In this document: piece by piece, positions 1 through 15,943 of the stretch
Layout: the number at the start of each line of letters is the position of its first letter
Numbering within the stretch: the first letter of the stretch is position 1
Origin: Squalus acanthias
Lineage: Eukaryota
Length of the DNA stretch: 64,000 nt
Assembly: GCA_030390025.1 (NCBI GenBank)
Contig: CM059438.1
Location: 65,846,001-65,910,000, forward strand
Reading direction: 5' to 3'
Made by a program: the position numbers and the translations under genes
The notes under the pieces: generated by a model
Database searches by the model: none
What the model saw: the letters and a program-made list of their open reading frames with translations, nothing else
Told to the model about the DNA's origin: nothing

Positions 1-3000
1 AATCCAATCATCAACACTCCAATCATCAACACTCCAATCATCAACACTCCAATCATCAACACTCCAATCATCAACACTCCAATCATCAACACTCCAATCA
101 TCAACACTCCAATCATCAACACTCCAATCATCAACACTCCAATCATCAACACTCCAATCATCAACACTCCAATCATCAACACTCCAATCATCAACACTCC
201 AATCATCAACAATCCAATCATCAACACTCCAATCATCAACACTCCAATCATCAACACTCCAATCATCAACACTCCAATCATCAACACTCCAATCATCAAC
301 ACTCCAATCATCAACACTCCAATCATCAACACTCCAATCATCAACACTCCAATCATCAACACTCCAATCATCAACACTCCAATCATCAACACTCCAATCA
401 TCAACAATCCAATCATCAACACTCCAATCATCAACACTCCAATCATCAACAATCCAATCATCAACACTCCAATCATCAACACTCCAATCATCATCAACTC
501 CAATCATCAACATCCAATCATCAACATTCCAATCATCAACACTCCAATCATCAACACTCCAATCATCAAAAATCCCATCATCAACACTCCAATCATCAAC
601 ACTCCAATCATCAACACTCAATCATCAACACTCCATTCATCAACACTCCAATCATCAACACTCCAATCATCAACACTCCAATCATCAACACTCCAATCAT
701 CAACATTCCAATCATCAACACTCCAATCATCAACACTCCAATCATCAACACTCCAATCATCAACACTCCATCATCAACACTCCAATCATCAACAAGCCAA
801 TCATCAACACTCCAATCATCAACACTCCAATCATCAACACTCCAATCTCACACTCCAATCATCAACACTCCAATCATCAACACTCCAATCATCAACACTC
901 CAATCATCAACACTCCAATCATCAAAACTCCAATCATCAACACTCCAATCATCAACACTCCAATCATCAACACTCAATCATCAACACTCCAATCATCAAC
1001 ACTCAATCATCAACAGTCCAATCATCAACACTCCAATCATCAACACTCCAATCATCAACACTCCAATCATCAACACTCCAATCATCAACACTCCAATCAT
1101 CAACACTCCAATCATCAACACTCCAATCATCAACACTCCAATCATCAACACTCCAATCATCAACACTCCAATCATCAACAATCCAATCATCAACACTCCA
1201 ATCATCAACACTCCAATCATCAACACTCCAATCATCAACACTCCAATCATCAACACTCCAATCATCAACACTCCAATCATCAACAATCCAATCATCAACA
1301 CTCCAATCATCAACACTCCAATCATCAACACTCCAATCATCAACACTCCAATCATCAACACTCCAATCATCAACACTCCAATCATCAACACTCCAATCAT
1401 CAACACTCCAATCATCAACACTCCAATCATCAACACTCCAATCATCAACAATCCAATCATCAACACTCCAATCATCAACACTCCAATCATCAACACTCCA
1501 ATCATCAACACTCCAATCATCAACACTCCAATCATCAACACTCCAATCATCAACAATCCAATCATCAACACTCCAATCATCAACACTCCAATCATCAACA
1601 ATCCAATCATCAACACTCCAATCATCAACACTCCAATCATCAACACTCCAATCATCAACACTCCAATCATCAACACTCCAATCATCAACACTCCAATCAT
1701 CAACACTCCAATCATCAACACTCCAATCATCAACACTCCAATCATCAACACTCCAATCATCAACACTCCAATCATCAACACTCCAATCATCAACACTCCA
1801 ATCATCAACACTCCAATCATCAACACTCCAATCATCAACACTCCAATCATCAACACTCCAATCATCAACACTCCAATCATCAACACTCCAATCATCAACA
1901 CTCCAATCATCAACACTCCAATCATCAACAATCCAATCATCAACACTCCAATCATCAACACTCCAATCATCAACACTCCAATCATCAACACTCCAATCAT
2001 CAACACTCCAATCATCAACACTCCAATCATCAACAATCCAATCATCAACACTCCAATCATCAACACTCCAATCATCAACACTCCAATCATCAACACTCCA
2101 ATCATCAACACTCCAATCATCAACACTCCAATCATCAACACTCCAATCATCAACACTCCAATCATCAACACTCCAATCATCAACACTCCAATCATCAACA
2201 CTCCAATCATCAACACTCCAATCATCAACACTCCAATCATCAACACTCCAATCATCAACACTCCAATCATCAACACTCCAATCATCAACACTCCAATCAT
2301 CAACACTCCAATCATCAACACTCCAATCATCAACACTCCAATCATCAACACTCCAATCATCAACACTCCAATCATCAACACTCCAATCATCAACACTCCA
2401 ATCATCAACACTCCAATCATCAACACTCCAATCATCAACACTCCAATCATCAACACTCCAATCATCAACACTCCAATCATCAACACTCCAATCATCAACA
2501 CTCCAATCATCAACACTCCAATCATCAACACTCCAATCATCAACACTCCAATCATCAACACTCCAATCATCAACACTCCAATCATCAACACTCCAATCAT
2601 CAACAATCCAATCATCAACACTCCAATCATCAACACTCCAATCATCAACACTCCAATCATCAACACTCCAATCATCAACAATCCAATCATCAACACTCCA
2701 ATCATCAACACTCCAATCATCAACACTCCAATCATCAACACTCCAATCATCAACAATCCAATCATCAACACTCCAATCATCAACAATCCAATCATCAACA
2801 ATCCAATCATCAACACTCCAATCATCAACACTCCAATCATCAACACTCCAATCATCAACACTCCAATCATCAACACTCCAATCATCAACACTCCAATCAT
2901 CAACACTCCAATCATCAACACTCCAATCATCAACACTCCAATCATCAACACTCCAATCATCAACAATCCAATCATCAACACTCCAATCATCAACAATCCA

Positions 3001-6000
3001 ATCATCAACACTCCAATCATCAACAATCCAATCATCAACACTCCAATCATCAACACTCCAATCATCAACACTCCAATCATCAACACTCCAATCATCAACA
3101 CTCCAATCATCAACACTCCAATCATCAACACTCCAATCATCAACAATCCAATCATCAACACTCCAATCATCAACACTCCAATCATCAACACTCCAATCAT
3201 CAACAATCCAATCATCAACACTCCAATCATCAACACTCCAATCATCAACAATCCAATCATCAACACTCCAATCATCAACACTCCAATCATCAACACTCCA
3301 ATCATCAACACTCCAATCATCAACACTCCAATCATCAACACTCCAATCATCAACACTCCAATCATCAACACTCCAATCATCAACACTCCAATCATCAACA
3401 CTCCAATCATCAACACTCCAATCATCAACACTCCAATCATCAACACTCCAATCATCAACACTCCAATCATCAACACTCCAATCATCAACACTCCAATCAT
3501 CAACACTCCAATCATCAACACTCCAATCATCAACACTCCAATCATCAACACTCCAATCATCAACACTCCAATCATCAACACTCCAATCATCAACAATCCA
3601 ATCATCAACACTCCAATCATCAACACTCCAATCATCAACACTCCAATCATCAACACTCCAATCATCAACACTCCAATCATCAACACTCCAATCATCAACA
3701 CTCCAATCATCAACACTCCAATCATCAACACTCCAATCATCAACACTCCAATCATCAACAATCCAATCATCAACACTCCAATCATCAACACTCCAATCAT
3801 CAACACTCCAATCATCAACACTCCAATCATCAACACTCCAATCATCAACACTCCAATCATCAACACTCCAATCATCAACACTCCAATCATCAACACTCCA
3901 ATCATCAACACTCCAATCATCAACACTCCAATCATCAACACTCCAATCATCAACAATCCAATCATCAACACTCCAATCATCAACACTCCAATCATCAACA
4001 ATCCAATCATCAACACTCCAATCATCAACACTCCAATCATCAACACTCCAATCATCAACAATCCAATCATCAACACTCCAATCATCAACACTCCAATCAT
4101 CAACACTCCAATCATCAACACTCCAATCATCAACAATCCAATCATCAACACTCCAATCATCAACACTCCAATCATCAACACTCCAATCATCAACACTCCA
4201 ATCATCAACACTCCAATCATCAACACTCCAATCATCAACACTCCAATCATCAACACTCCAATCATCAACACTCCAATCATCAACACTCCAATCATCAACA
4301 CTCCAATCATCAACACTCCAATCATCAACACTCCAATCATCAACACTCCAATCATCAACACTCCAATCATCAACACTCCAATCATCAACACTCCAATCAT
4401 CAACACTCCAATCATCAACACTCCAATCATCAACACTCCAATCATCAACACTCCAATCATCAACACTCCAATCATCAACACTCCAATCATCAACACTCCA
4501 ATCATCAACACTCCAATCATCAACACTCCAATCATCAACAATCCAATCATCAACACTCCAATCATCAACACTCCAATCATCAACACTCCAATCATCAACA
4601 CTCCAATCATCAACACTCCAATCATCAACACTCCAATCATCAACACTCCAATCATCAACACTCCAATCATCAACACTCCAATCATCAACACTCCAATCAT
4701 CAACACTCCAATCATCAACACTCCAATCATCAACACTCCAATCATCAACACTCCAATCATCAACACTCCAATCATCAACACTCCAATCATCAACACTCCA
4801 ATCATCAACAATCCAATCATCAACACTCCAATCATCAACACTCCAATCATCAACACTCCAATCATCAACACTCCAATCATCAACACTCCAATCATCAACA
4901 CTCCAATCATCAACACTCCAATCATCAACACTCCAATCATCAACACTCCAATCATCAACACTCCAATCATCAACAATCCAATCATCAACACTCCAATCAT
5001 CAACACTCCAATCATCAACACTCCAATCATCAACAATCCAATCATCAACACTCCAATCATCAACACTCCAATCATCAACACTCCAATCATCAACACTCCA
5101 ATCATCAACACTCCAATCATCAACACTCCAATCATCAACACTCCAATCATCAACACTCCAATCATCAACAATCCAATCATCAACACTCCAATCATCAACA
5201 CTCCAATCATCAACACTCCAATCATCAACACTCCAATCATCAACACTCCAATCATCAACACTCCAATCATCAACACTCCAATCATCAACACTCCAATCAT
5301 CAACAATCAATCATCACACTCCAATCATCAACACTCCAATCATCAACACTCCAATCATCAACACTCCAATCATCAACACTCCAATCATCAACACTCCAAT
5401 CATCAACAATCCAATCATCAACACTCCAATCATCAACACTCCAATCATCAACACTCCAATCATCAACAATCCAATCATCAACACTCCAATCATCAACACT
5501 CCAATCATCAACACTCCAATCATCAACAATCCAATCATCAACAATCCAATCATCAACACTCCAATCATCAACACTCCAATCATCAACACTCCAATCATCA
5601 ACACTCCAATCATCAACACTCCAATCATCAACACTCCAATCATCAACACTCCAATCATCAACAATCCAATCATCAACACTCCAATCATCAACACTCCAAT
5701 CATCAACACTCCAATCATCAACACTCCAATCATCAACACTCCAATCATCAACACTCCAATCATCAACACTCCAATCATCAACACTCCAATCATCAACACT
5801 CCAATCATCAACACTCCAATCATCAACACTCCAATCATCAACACTCCAATCATCAACACTCCAATCATCAACACTCCAATCATCAACACTCCAATCATCA
5901 ACACTCCAATCATCAACACTCCAATCATCAACACTCCAATCATCAACACTCCAATCATCAACACTCCAATCATCAACACTCCAATCATCAACACTCCAAT

Positions 6001-9000
6001 CATCAACACTCCAATCATCAACACTCCAATCATCAACACTCCAATCATCAACACTCCAATCATCAACACTCCAATCATCAACACTCCAATCATCAACACT
6101 CCAATCATCAACACTCCAATCATCAACACTCCAATCATCAACACTCCAATCATCAACACTCCAATCATCAACACTCCAATCATCAACACTCCAATCATCA
6201 ACACTCCAATCATCAACACTCCAATCATCAACAATCCAATCATCAACACTCCAATCATCAACACTCCAATCATCAACACTCCAATCATCAACACTCCAAT
6301 CATCAACACTCCAATCATCAACACTCCAATCATCAACACTCCAATCATCAACACTCCAATCATCAACACTCCAATCATCAACACTCCAATCATCAACACT
6401 CCAATCATCAACACTCCAATCATCAACACTCCAATCATCAACACTCCAATCATCAACACTCCAATCATCAACACTCCAATCATCAACACTCCAATCATCA
6501 ACACTCCAATCATCAACACTCCAATCATCAACACTCCAATCATCAACACTCCAATCATCAACACTCCAATCATCAACACTCCAATCATCAACACTCCAAT
6601 CATCAACACTCCAATCATCAACAATCCAATCATCAACACTCCAATCATCAACACTCCAATCATCAACACTCCAATCATCAACACTCCAATCATCAACACT
6701 CCAATCATCAACACTCCAATCATCAACACTCCAATCATCAACACTCCAATCATCAACACTCCAATCATCAACACTCCAATCATCAACACTCCAATCATCA
6801 ACACTCCAATCATCAACACTCCAATCATCAACACTCCAATCATCAACACTCCAATCATCAACAATCCAATCATCAACACTCCAATCATCAACACTCCAAT
6901 CATCAACAATCCAATCATCAACACTCCAATCATCAACACTCCAATCATCAACACTCCAATCATCAACACTCCAATCATCAACACTCCAATCATCAACACT
7001 CCAATCATCAACACTCCAATCATCAACACTCCAATCATCAACACTCCAATCATCAACACTCCAATCATCAACACTCCAATCATCAACACTCCAATCATCA
7101 ACACTCCAATCATCAACACTCCAATCATCAACAATCCAATCATCAAATCACACTCAATCATCAACACTCCAATCATCAACAATCCAATCATCAACACTCC
7201 AATCATCAACACTCCAATCATCAACACTCCAATCATCAACAATCCAATCATCAACACTCCAATCATCAACACTCCAATCATCAACACTCCAATCATCAAC
7301 ACTCCAATCATCAACACTCCAATCATCAACAATCCAATCATCAACACTCCAATCATCAACAATCCAATCATCAACACTCCAATCATCAACAATCCAATCA
7401 TCAACACTCCAATCATCAACACTCCAATCATCACACTCCAATCATCAACACTCCAATCATCAACAATCCAATCATCAACACTCCAATCATCAACACTCCA
7501 ATCATCAACAATCCAATCATCAACACTCCAATCATCAACACTCCAATCATCAACAATCCAATCATCTAATATCCAATCATCAACACTCCAATCATCAACA
7601 CTCCAATCATCAACACTCCAATCATCAACACTCCAATCATCAACAATCCAATCATCAACAATCCAATCATCAACACTCCAATCATCAACACTCCAATCAT
7701 CAACAATCCAATCATCAACACTCCAATCATCAACAATCCAATCATCAACACTCCAATCATCAACACTCCAATCATCAACACTCCAATCATCAACACTCCA
7801 ATCATCAACACTCCAATCATCAACAATCCAATCATCAACACTCCAATCATCAACACTCCAATCATCAACAATCCAATCATCAACAATCCAATCATCAACA
7901 CTCCAATCATCAACAATCCAATCATCAACACTCCAATCATCAACACTCCAATCATCAACACTCCAATCATCAACACTCCAATCATCAACACTCCAATCAT
8001 CAACAATCCAATCATCAACACTCCAATCATCAACAATCCAATCATCAACACTCCAATCATCAACACTCCAATCATCAACACTCCAATCATCAACACTCCA
8101 ATCATCAACAATCCAATCATCAACACTCCAATCATCAACACTCCAATCATCAACAATCCAATCATCAACACTCCAATCATCAACAATCCAATCATCAACA
8201 CTCCAATCATCAACACTCCAATCATCAACAATCCAATCATCAACACTCCAATCATCAACAATCCAATCATCAACACTCCAATCATCAACACTCCAATCAT
8301 CAACAATCCAATCATCAACAATCCAATCATCAACACTCCAATCATCAACAATCCAATCATCAACAATCCAATCATCAACACTCCAATCATCAACAATCCA
8401 ATCATCAACACTCCAATCATCAACACTCCAATCATCAACAATCCAATCATCAACAATCCAATCATCAACACTCCAATCATCAACAATCCAATCATCAACA
8501 CTCCAATCATCAACACTCCAATCATCAACACTCCAATCATCAAAATCCAATCATCAACACTCCAATCATCAACACTCCAATCATCAACACTCCAATCATC
8601 AACACTCCAATCATCAACATTCCAATCATCAACACTCCAATCATCAACACTCCAATCATCAACAATCCAATCATCAACACTCCAATCATCAACACTCCAA
8701 TCATCAACACTCCAATCATCAACAATCCAATCATCAACACTCCAATCATCAACAATCCAATCATCAACAATCCAATCATCAACAATCCAATCATCAACAA
8801 TCCAATCATCAACACTCCAATCATCAACACTCCAATCATCAACACTCCAATCATCAACACTCCAATCATCAACACTCCAATCATCAACACTCCAATCATC
8901 AACACTCCAATCATCAACACTCCAATCATCAACACTCCAATCATCAACAATCCAATCATCAACACTCCAATCATCAACAATCCAATCATCAACACTCCAA

Positions 9001-12000
9001 TCATCAACACTCCAATCATCAACACTCCAATCATCAGCACTCCAATCATCAACAAGCCAATCATCAACAATCCAATCATCAACACTCCAATCATCAACAC
9101 TCCAATCATCAACACTCCAATCATCAACACTCCAATCATCAACACTCCAAACATCAACAATCCAATCATCAACACTCCAATCATCAACACTCCAATCATC
9201 AACAATCCAATCATCAACAATCCAATCATCAACACTCCAATCATCAACAATCCAATCATCAACACTCCAATCATCAACACTCCAATCATCAACAATCCAA
9301 TCATCAACACTCCAATCATCAACAATCCAATCATCAACACTCCAATCATCAACATTCCAATCATCAACACTCCAATCATCAACACTCCAATCATCAACAA
9401 TCCAATCATCAACACTCCAATCATCAACACTCCAATCATCAACAATCCAATCATCAACACTCAATCATCAACAATCCAATCATCAACAATCCAATCATCA
9501 ACAATCCAATCATCAACACTCCAATCATCAACACTCCAATCATCAACAATCCAATCATCAACAATCCAATCATCAACAATCCAATCATCAACACTCCAAT
9601 CATCAACAATCCAATCATCAACACTCCAATCATCAACAATCCAATCATCAACAATCCAATCATCAACACTCCAATCATCAACAATCCAATCATCAACACT
9701 CCAATCATCAACACTCCAATCATCAACAATCCAATCATCAACACTCCAATCATCAACAATCCAATCATCAACACTCCAATCATCAACACTCCAATCATCA
9801 ACACTCCAATCATCAACACTCCAATCATCAACAATCCAATCATCAACACTCCAATCATCAACACTCCAATCATCAACAATCCAATCATCAACACTCCAAT
9901 CATCAACAATCCAATCATCAACAATCCAATCATCAACAATCCAATCATCAACACTCCAATCATCAACACTCCAATCATCAACAATCCAATCATCAACACT
10001 CCAATCATCAACACTCCAATCATCAACACTCCAATCATCAACACTCCAATCATCAACAATCCAATCATCAACAATCCAATCATCAACAATCCAATCATCA
10101 ACACTCCAATCATCAACACTCCAATCATCAACAATCCAATCATCAACAATCCAATCATCAACATTCCAATCATCAACAATCCAATCATCAACACTCCAAT
10201 CATCAACACTTCAATTATCAACACTTCAAGCATCAACACTTCAAGCATCAGCAATCCAATCATCCACAGTTCAATCATCAACAATCCAATCATCAACAAT
10301 CCAATCATCAACAGTCCAATCATCAACACTTCAATCATCAACAATCCAATCATCAACAATCCAATCATCAACACTCCAATCATCAACACTCCAACCATCA
10401 ACAATCCAATCATCAACACTCCAATCATCAACATTCCAATCATCAACACTCCAATCATCAACAATCCAATCATAAACACTCCAATCATCAACGCTCCAAT
10501 CATCAACGCTCCAATCATCAACAATCCAATCATCAATACTCCAATTATCAACACTCCAATCATCAACAATCCAATCATCAACAATCCAATCATCAACACT
10601 CCAATCATCAACAATCCAATCATCAACAATCCAATCATCAACACTCCAATCATCAACACTCCAATCATCAACAATCCTATCATCAACACTCCAATCATCA
10701 ACACTCCAATCATCAACACTCCAATCATCAACACTCCAATCATCAACAAGCCAATCATCAACAATCCAATCATCAACACTCCAATCATCAACACTCCAAT
10801 CATCAACACTCCAATCATCAACACTCCAATCATCAACACTCCAATCATCAACAATCCAATCATCAACACTCCAATCATCAACACTCCAATCATCAACAAT
10901 CCAATCATCAACAATCCAATCATCAACACTCCAATCATCAACAATCCAATCATCAACACTCCAATCATCAACACTCCAATCATCAACAATCCAATCATCA
11001 ACACTCCAATCATCAACAATCCAATCATCAACACTCCAATCATCAACATTCCAATCATCAACACTCCAATCATCAACACTCCAATCATCAACAATCCAAT
11101 CATCAACACTCCAATCATCAACACTCCAATCATCAACAATCCAATCATCAACACTCCAATCATCAACAATCCAATCATCAACAATCCAATCATCAACAAT
11201 CCAATCATCAACACTCCAATCATCAACACTCCAATCATCAACAATCCAATCATCAACAATCCAATCATCAACACTCCAATCATCAACACTCCAATCATCA
11301 ACACTCCAATCATCAACAATCCAATCATCAACAATCCAATCATCAACACTCCAATCATCAACAATCCAATCATCAACACTCCAATCATCAACACTCCAAT
11401 CATCAACAATCCAATCATCAACACTCCAATCATCAACAATCCAATCATCAACACTCCAATCATCAACATTCCAATCATCAACACTCCAATCATCAACACT
11501 CCAATCATCAACAATCCAATCATCAACACTCCAATCATCAACACTCCAATCATCAACAATCCAATCATCAACACTCAATCATCAACAATCCAATCATCAA
11601 CAATCCAATCATCAACAATCCAATCATCAACACTCCAATCATCAACACTCCAATCATCAACAATCCAATCATCAACACTCCAATCATCAACACTCCAATC
11701 ATCAACAATCCAATCATCAACACTCCAATCATCAACACTCCAATCATCAACAATCCAATCATCAACAATCCAATCATCAACAATCCAATCATCAACACTC
11801 CAATCATCAACACTCCAATCATCAACACTCCAATCATCAACACTCCAATCATCAACACTCCAATCATCAACAATCCAATCATCAACACTCCAATCATCAA
11901 CAATCCTATCATCAACACTCCAATCATCAACACTCCAATCATCAACACTCCAATCATCAGCACTCCAATCATCAACAAGCCAATCATCAACAAACCAATC

Positions 12001-12503
12001 ATCAACACTCCAATCATCAACACTCCAATCATCAACACTCCAATCATCAACACTCCAATCATCAACACTCCAATCATCAACAATCCAATCATCAACACTC
12101 CAATCATCAACACTCCAATCATCAACAATCCAATCATCAACAATCCAATCATCAACACTCCAATCATCAACAATCCAATCATCAACACTCCAATCATCAA
12201 CACTCCAATCATCAACAATCCAATCATCAACACTTCAATCATCAACAATCCAATCATCAACACTCCAATCATCAACATTCCAATCATCAACACTCCAATC
12301 ATCAACACACCAATCATCAACAATCCAATCATCAACACTCCAATCATCAACACTCCAATCATCAACAATCCAATCATCAACACTTCAATCATCAACAATC
12401 CAATCATCAACAATCCAATCATCAACAATCCCATCATCAACACTCCAATCATCAACACTCCAATCATCAACAATCCAATCATCAACAATCCATCATCAAC
12501 ACT
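1..12503. repeat. 15-bp tandem satellite (CAATCATCAACACTC)n with common variant CAATCATCAACAATC, about 830 monomers, runs off the left edge
   Basis: Directly visible 15-bp period; ends at ...catcatcaacact|agggtgg at about 12503. Confidence 0.99.
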
Positions 12504-13010
12504 AGGGTGGTGGGGCGGTCATTAGGAGCTAGCGCCGGAATTATGTTGTGTAGACTGATCATGACATCATTCAGTGTGCTATGCTAATTTGATGCATGTT
12601 GCAACTTTCATCCTAAACGCTGGAGCTATCCCCTTGTCTTAAACTTTGCATAGCTAAACATGCTTTTATCAGCAGCAAGACCCACCACCAGCGATATTTA
12701 AAGAGATCAGAAACTACTCTAAGGTAAGTTGCTGATTTATTTCTCCTGACTCTGTGTAATTTTGTGGAACTATTTGGAGATTTGCAGAATTGTTTAAAGT
12801 TGGTGTGGTGACATGGAGTGGTGCTGTAAATGGAGACGGCCTTGGTTCTGGCTTCAAGGGTTCTGTTCAGACACTTGCTCCCAATCATGGGTACTGTAGT
12901 TGTCATCTCCCTTGGCCTGCAGCATGACATTGAGATGGCACAGATGCAGCACAAAGGACAAGCTGCTCGCAGAAGGAGGAGGAGGACGGGGAGAAGGTCT
13001 TTCAGCAGGA
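12504..13010 (+). mobile_element. PIF/Harbinger transposon 5' region and transposase N-terminus (copy 1, part 1)
   Basis: ORF 12830-13018 ends in basic RRRRRRTGRRSFSR, which continues as RPY at 15145 once the CR1 insertion is removed. Confidence 0.7.
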
Positions 13011-15144
13011 AAGAGTGATCATAGCATGGTTGAATTTCAAATTCAGTTGGAGGGTGAGTAAGTTGTATCCCAAACCAGTGTCCTGATCTTAAACAAAGGC
13101 AATTATAATGGCATGCGGGCAGAACTGGCTGAAGTGGACTGCAAAAACAAATTAAAGGGTAAGGAAGTTGAAATGCAGTTGCGGACATTTAAGGAGATAT
13201 TTCATAATTCTCAACAAAAATATATTCCAGTGAGAAAGAAAGATTTTAAGAGAAGGGAGCACCATCCGTGGCTAACTAAGGAAGTAAAGGATGGTATCAA
13301 ACTGAAAACGAAGGCATACAATGTTGCCAAGATTGGTGGGAGACCAGAGGATTGGGAAATTTTTAAAAACCAGCAAAGGATGACTAAAAAAATAATAAAG
13401 AGAGAGAAGATGAATTATGAGAGTCAGCTGGCAAGAAACATTAAAACAGATAGTAAGAGCTTCTACAGGCATATAAAAAGGAAAAGGGTAGCTAAAGTAA
13501 ACGTTGGTCCCTTAGAGGAAGAAACTGGGGAATTAATAATGGGGTATGGGGAAATGGCAGAGACTCTGAACAAATATTTTGCATCTGTCTTCACTGTAGA
13601 AGACACTAACAACATCCCAATAATGGATAATCAAGGGGCCACAGGGAGTGGGGAACTAAAGACAACCACTATCACTAAGGAAATAATACTCATTAAATAA
13701 TGGGACTAAAAGATGACAAGTCCCCTTGACCAGATGGCCTACATCCCAGGATCTTAAAAGAAGTGGCTGCAGAGATAGTGGGAGTCCTTCATTAAGGAAA
13801 CAGTAGCAGGGCATTTAGAAAAACATACTGCACTCAAACAGAGTCAGCCTGGTTTTAGAAAAGGGAAATCATGTTTAACAAATTTGCTGGAGTTCTTTGA
13901 GGATGTAACAAGCAGGGTGGACAAGGGTGAGCCAGTGGATGTGGTGTATTTGGATTTCCAGAAGGCATTCGATAAGGTGCCACAGAAAAGGTTACTGCAT
14001 AAGATAAGAGCTCACGGAGTTGGGGGTAATATATTAGCATGGATAGAGAATTGGCTAACTAACAGAAAACAGAGAGTCGGGATAAATGGGTCATTTTCTG
14101 GTTGGCAAACGGTAACTAGTGGGGTGCTACAAGGATCGGTGCTGGGGCCCCAACTATTTACAATCTACATTAATGACTTGGATGAAGGGATCGAGTGTAA
14201 TGTAGCCAAGTTTACAGATGATACAAAGATGGGTGGGAAAGCAAGTCATGCAGAGGACTCAAAAAATCTGCAAAGGAATATAGACAGGTTAGGTGAGTGG
14301 GCAAACATTTGGCAGAGTACAATGTGGGAAAGTGCGAGGTTATCCACTTTGGCAGGAAAAATAAAAAAGCAAACTATTATTTAAATGGAGAGAGATTACA
14401 AAATGCTACAGTTCAGAGGGACCTGGGGGTCCTTGTGCATGAAACACAAAAAGTTAGCATGCAGGTACAGCAAGTAATCAAAAAGACAAACAGAATGTTG
14501 GCCTTTATTTCAAGGGGGTTGGAGTATAAAAGCGGGGAAGTCCTGCTATAACTGTACAAGGTATTGGGGAGACCACACCTTGAGTACTGTGTACAGTTTT
14601 GGTCTCCTTATTTAAGGAAGGATATACTTGCATTGGAGGCAGTTCAGAGACGACTCACTAGGTTAATTCCAGAGATGAGGGGTTTGACTTATGAGGAAAG
14701 GTTGAGCAGGCTGGGCCTATACTCATTGGAATTCAGAAGAATGAGAGGTGATCTTATCGAAACATATAAAATACTGAGGGGGCTCGACAGGGTAGATGCA
14801 GAGAGGATGTTTCCCCTCATGGGGAAATCTAGAACTCGGGGGCACAGTCTCAGAATAAAGGGTCACCCTTTTAGAACTGAGATGAGGAGGAACTTCTTCT
14901 CTCAGAGGGTCATAAATTTGTGGAATTCTCTGCCCCAGAGAGCTGTGGTGGCTGGGTCATTAAATACATTTAAAGTGGAGATAGACAAATTTTTGCAAGA
15001 TAAGTGAGTGAAGGATTATGGGGAGCGGGCTGGGAAGTGGCTTTGAGCCCTAGATCAGCCATGATCTTATTGAATGGCGGAGCAGGCTCGAGGGGCCAAG
15101 TGGCCTATTCCTGCTCCTATTTCTTATGTTCTTATGTTCTTATA
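13011..15144 (+). mobile_element. CR1-clade LINE, 5'-truncated, decayed ORF2 (reverse transcriptase)
   Basis: Motifs [64 protein letters not shown]; (TTCTTATG)n tail; 7-bp TSD AGCAGGA at 13004-13010 and 15145-15151. Confidence 0.95.
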
Positions 15145-15943
15145 AGCAGGAGGCCTTACACATCCTCCGAGAGCAATGCTCTTACCTTAACCTGAGCCAG
15201 GAGCCTTGTATGAGGTGTCTGCGCTTTACGAAGGAGTTGCTCACAGAACTCTGCCACCTATTGCAACCAGACCAGCAGCCTCACCCTGGGGCATGTACAG
15301 CACTGTCAGTGGCTGTGAATGTGACCGTGGCCCTGAATTTCCTTGCATTGGGATCCTTCCAGGCTGGAGCAGGCAACATCTGCAACATCCCCCAATTCAC
15401 CACCCACTGCTGCATAAGAGAGGTGAAAGACGCTCTTTATGCCTGGAGAGGGGAATTCATTGTCTTCTCCCTGATCGGAGAGAAGCAGGCAGAGCATGCA
15501 TGTGGCTTTGCCAGGATAGCAGGCTTCCCCATGGTGCAGGGCGCCACCGACTGCACGCAGGTGGCTTTGCAGGCACAACATCTAAATGTTGAAATGTACC
15601 ACAACCTGAAAGGTTACCACGCGCTGAATGTGCAGTTGGTGTGCGATCCTGCTCAGCACATCATGATGGTGAATGCCCAGTGTTTTGGCAGCAGTTATGA
15701 TGCTTTTATTCTGGACCCTCAGTCTTTGAGCCACCATGACAAACCAAAGGGTAGCAACTGGCAACAAGAGCTATCCGCTGACAACTTGGCTCATGACTTC
15801 ACGCACATGTGGGCAGCATGCATATATGAAAGCCACGCTGCCACACGGAATCTTATAGAGCAGACCATTGGCATCCTTAAACAATGCTTCCGCTGCCTGG
15901 ACTGCTCTGGAGGAGCCCTGAAATACTCATCAGAGCTCGTCTC
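15145..15943 (+). pseudogene. Harbinger (HARBI1-like DDE) transposase, decayed (copy 1, part 2)
   Basis: LRFTKELLTELCHLLQP, VTVALNF, AGFPMVQGATDCT, KGYHALNVQLVCD, ESHAATRNLIEQTIGILKQCFRCLD; collinear with copy 2 at 61447-62482; the GDKGY region is disrupted. Confidence 0.9.

Noticed and set aside
481..1015. Cluster of indel-bearing monomers
   Set aside because: Scattered single-base indels that do not recur elsewhere look like read or consensus error; cannot be judged without reads
996..12488. Very long ORFs of VLMIG and SVDDW repeats
   Set aside because: A 15-bp unit is stop-free in five of six frames by construction; ORF ends fall at random indels and frames swap
1..12503. Mucin-like (QSSTL)n coding exon on the plus strand
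   Set aside because: Frameshifting indels, an in-frame TAA variant near 10473, interruption by TEs, and no recognisable flanking domain
1..12503. CRISPR array or telomeric repeat
   Set aside because: No unique spacers or cas genes, eukaryotic context, and the unit is not TTAGGG
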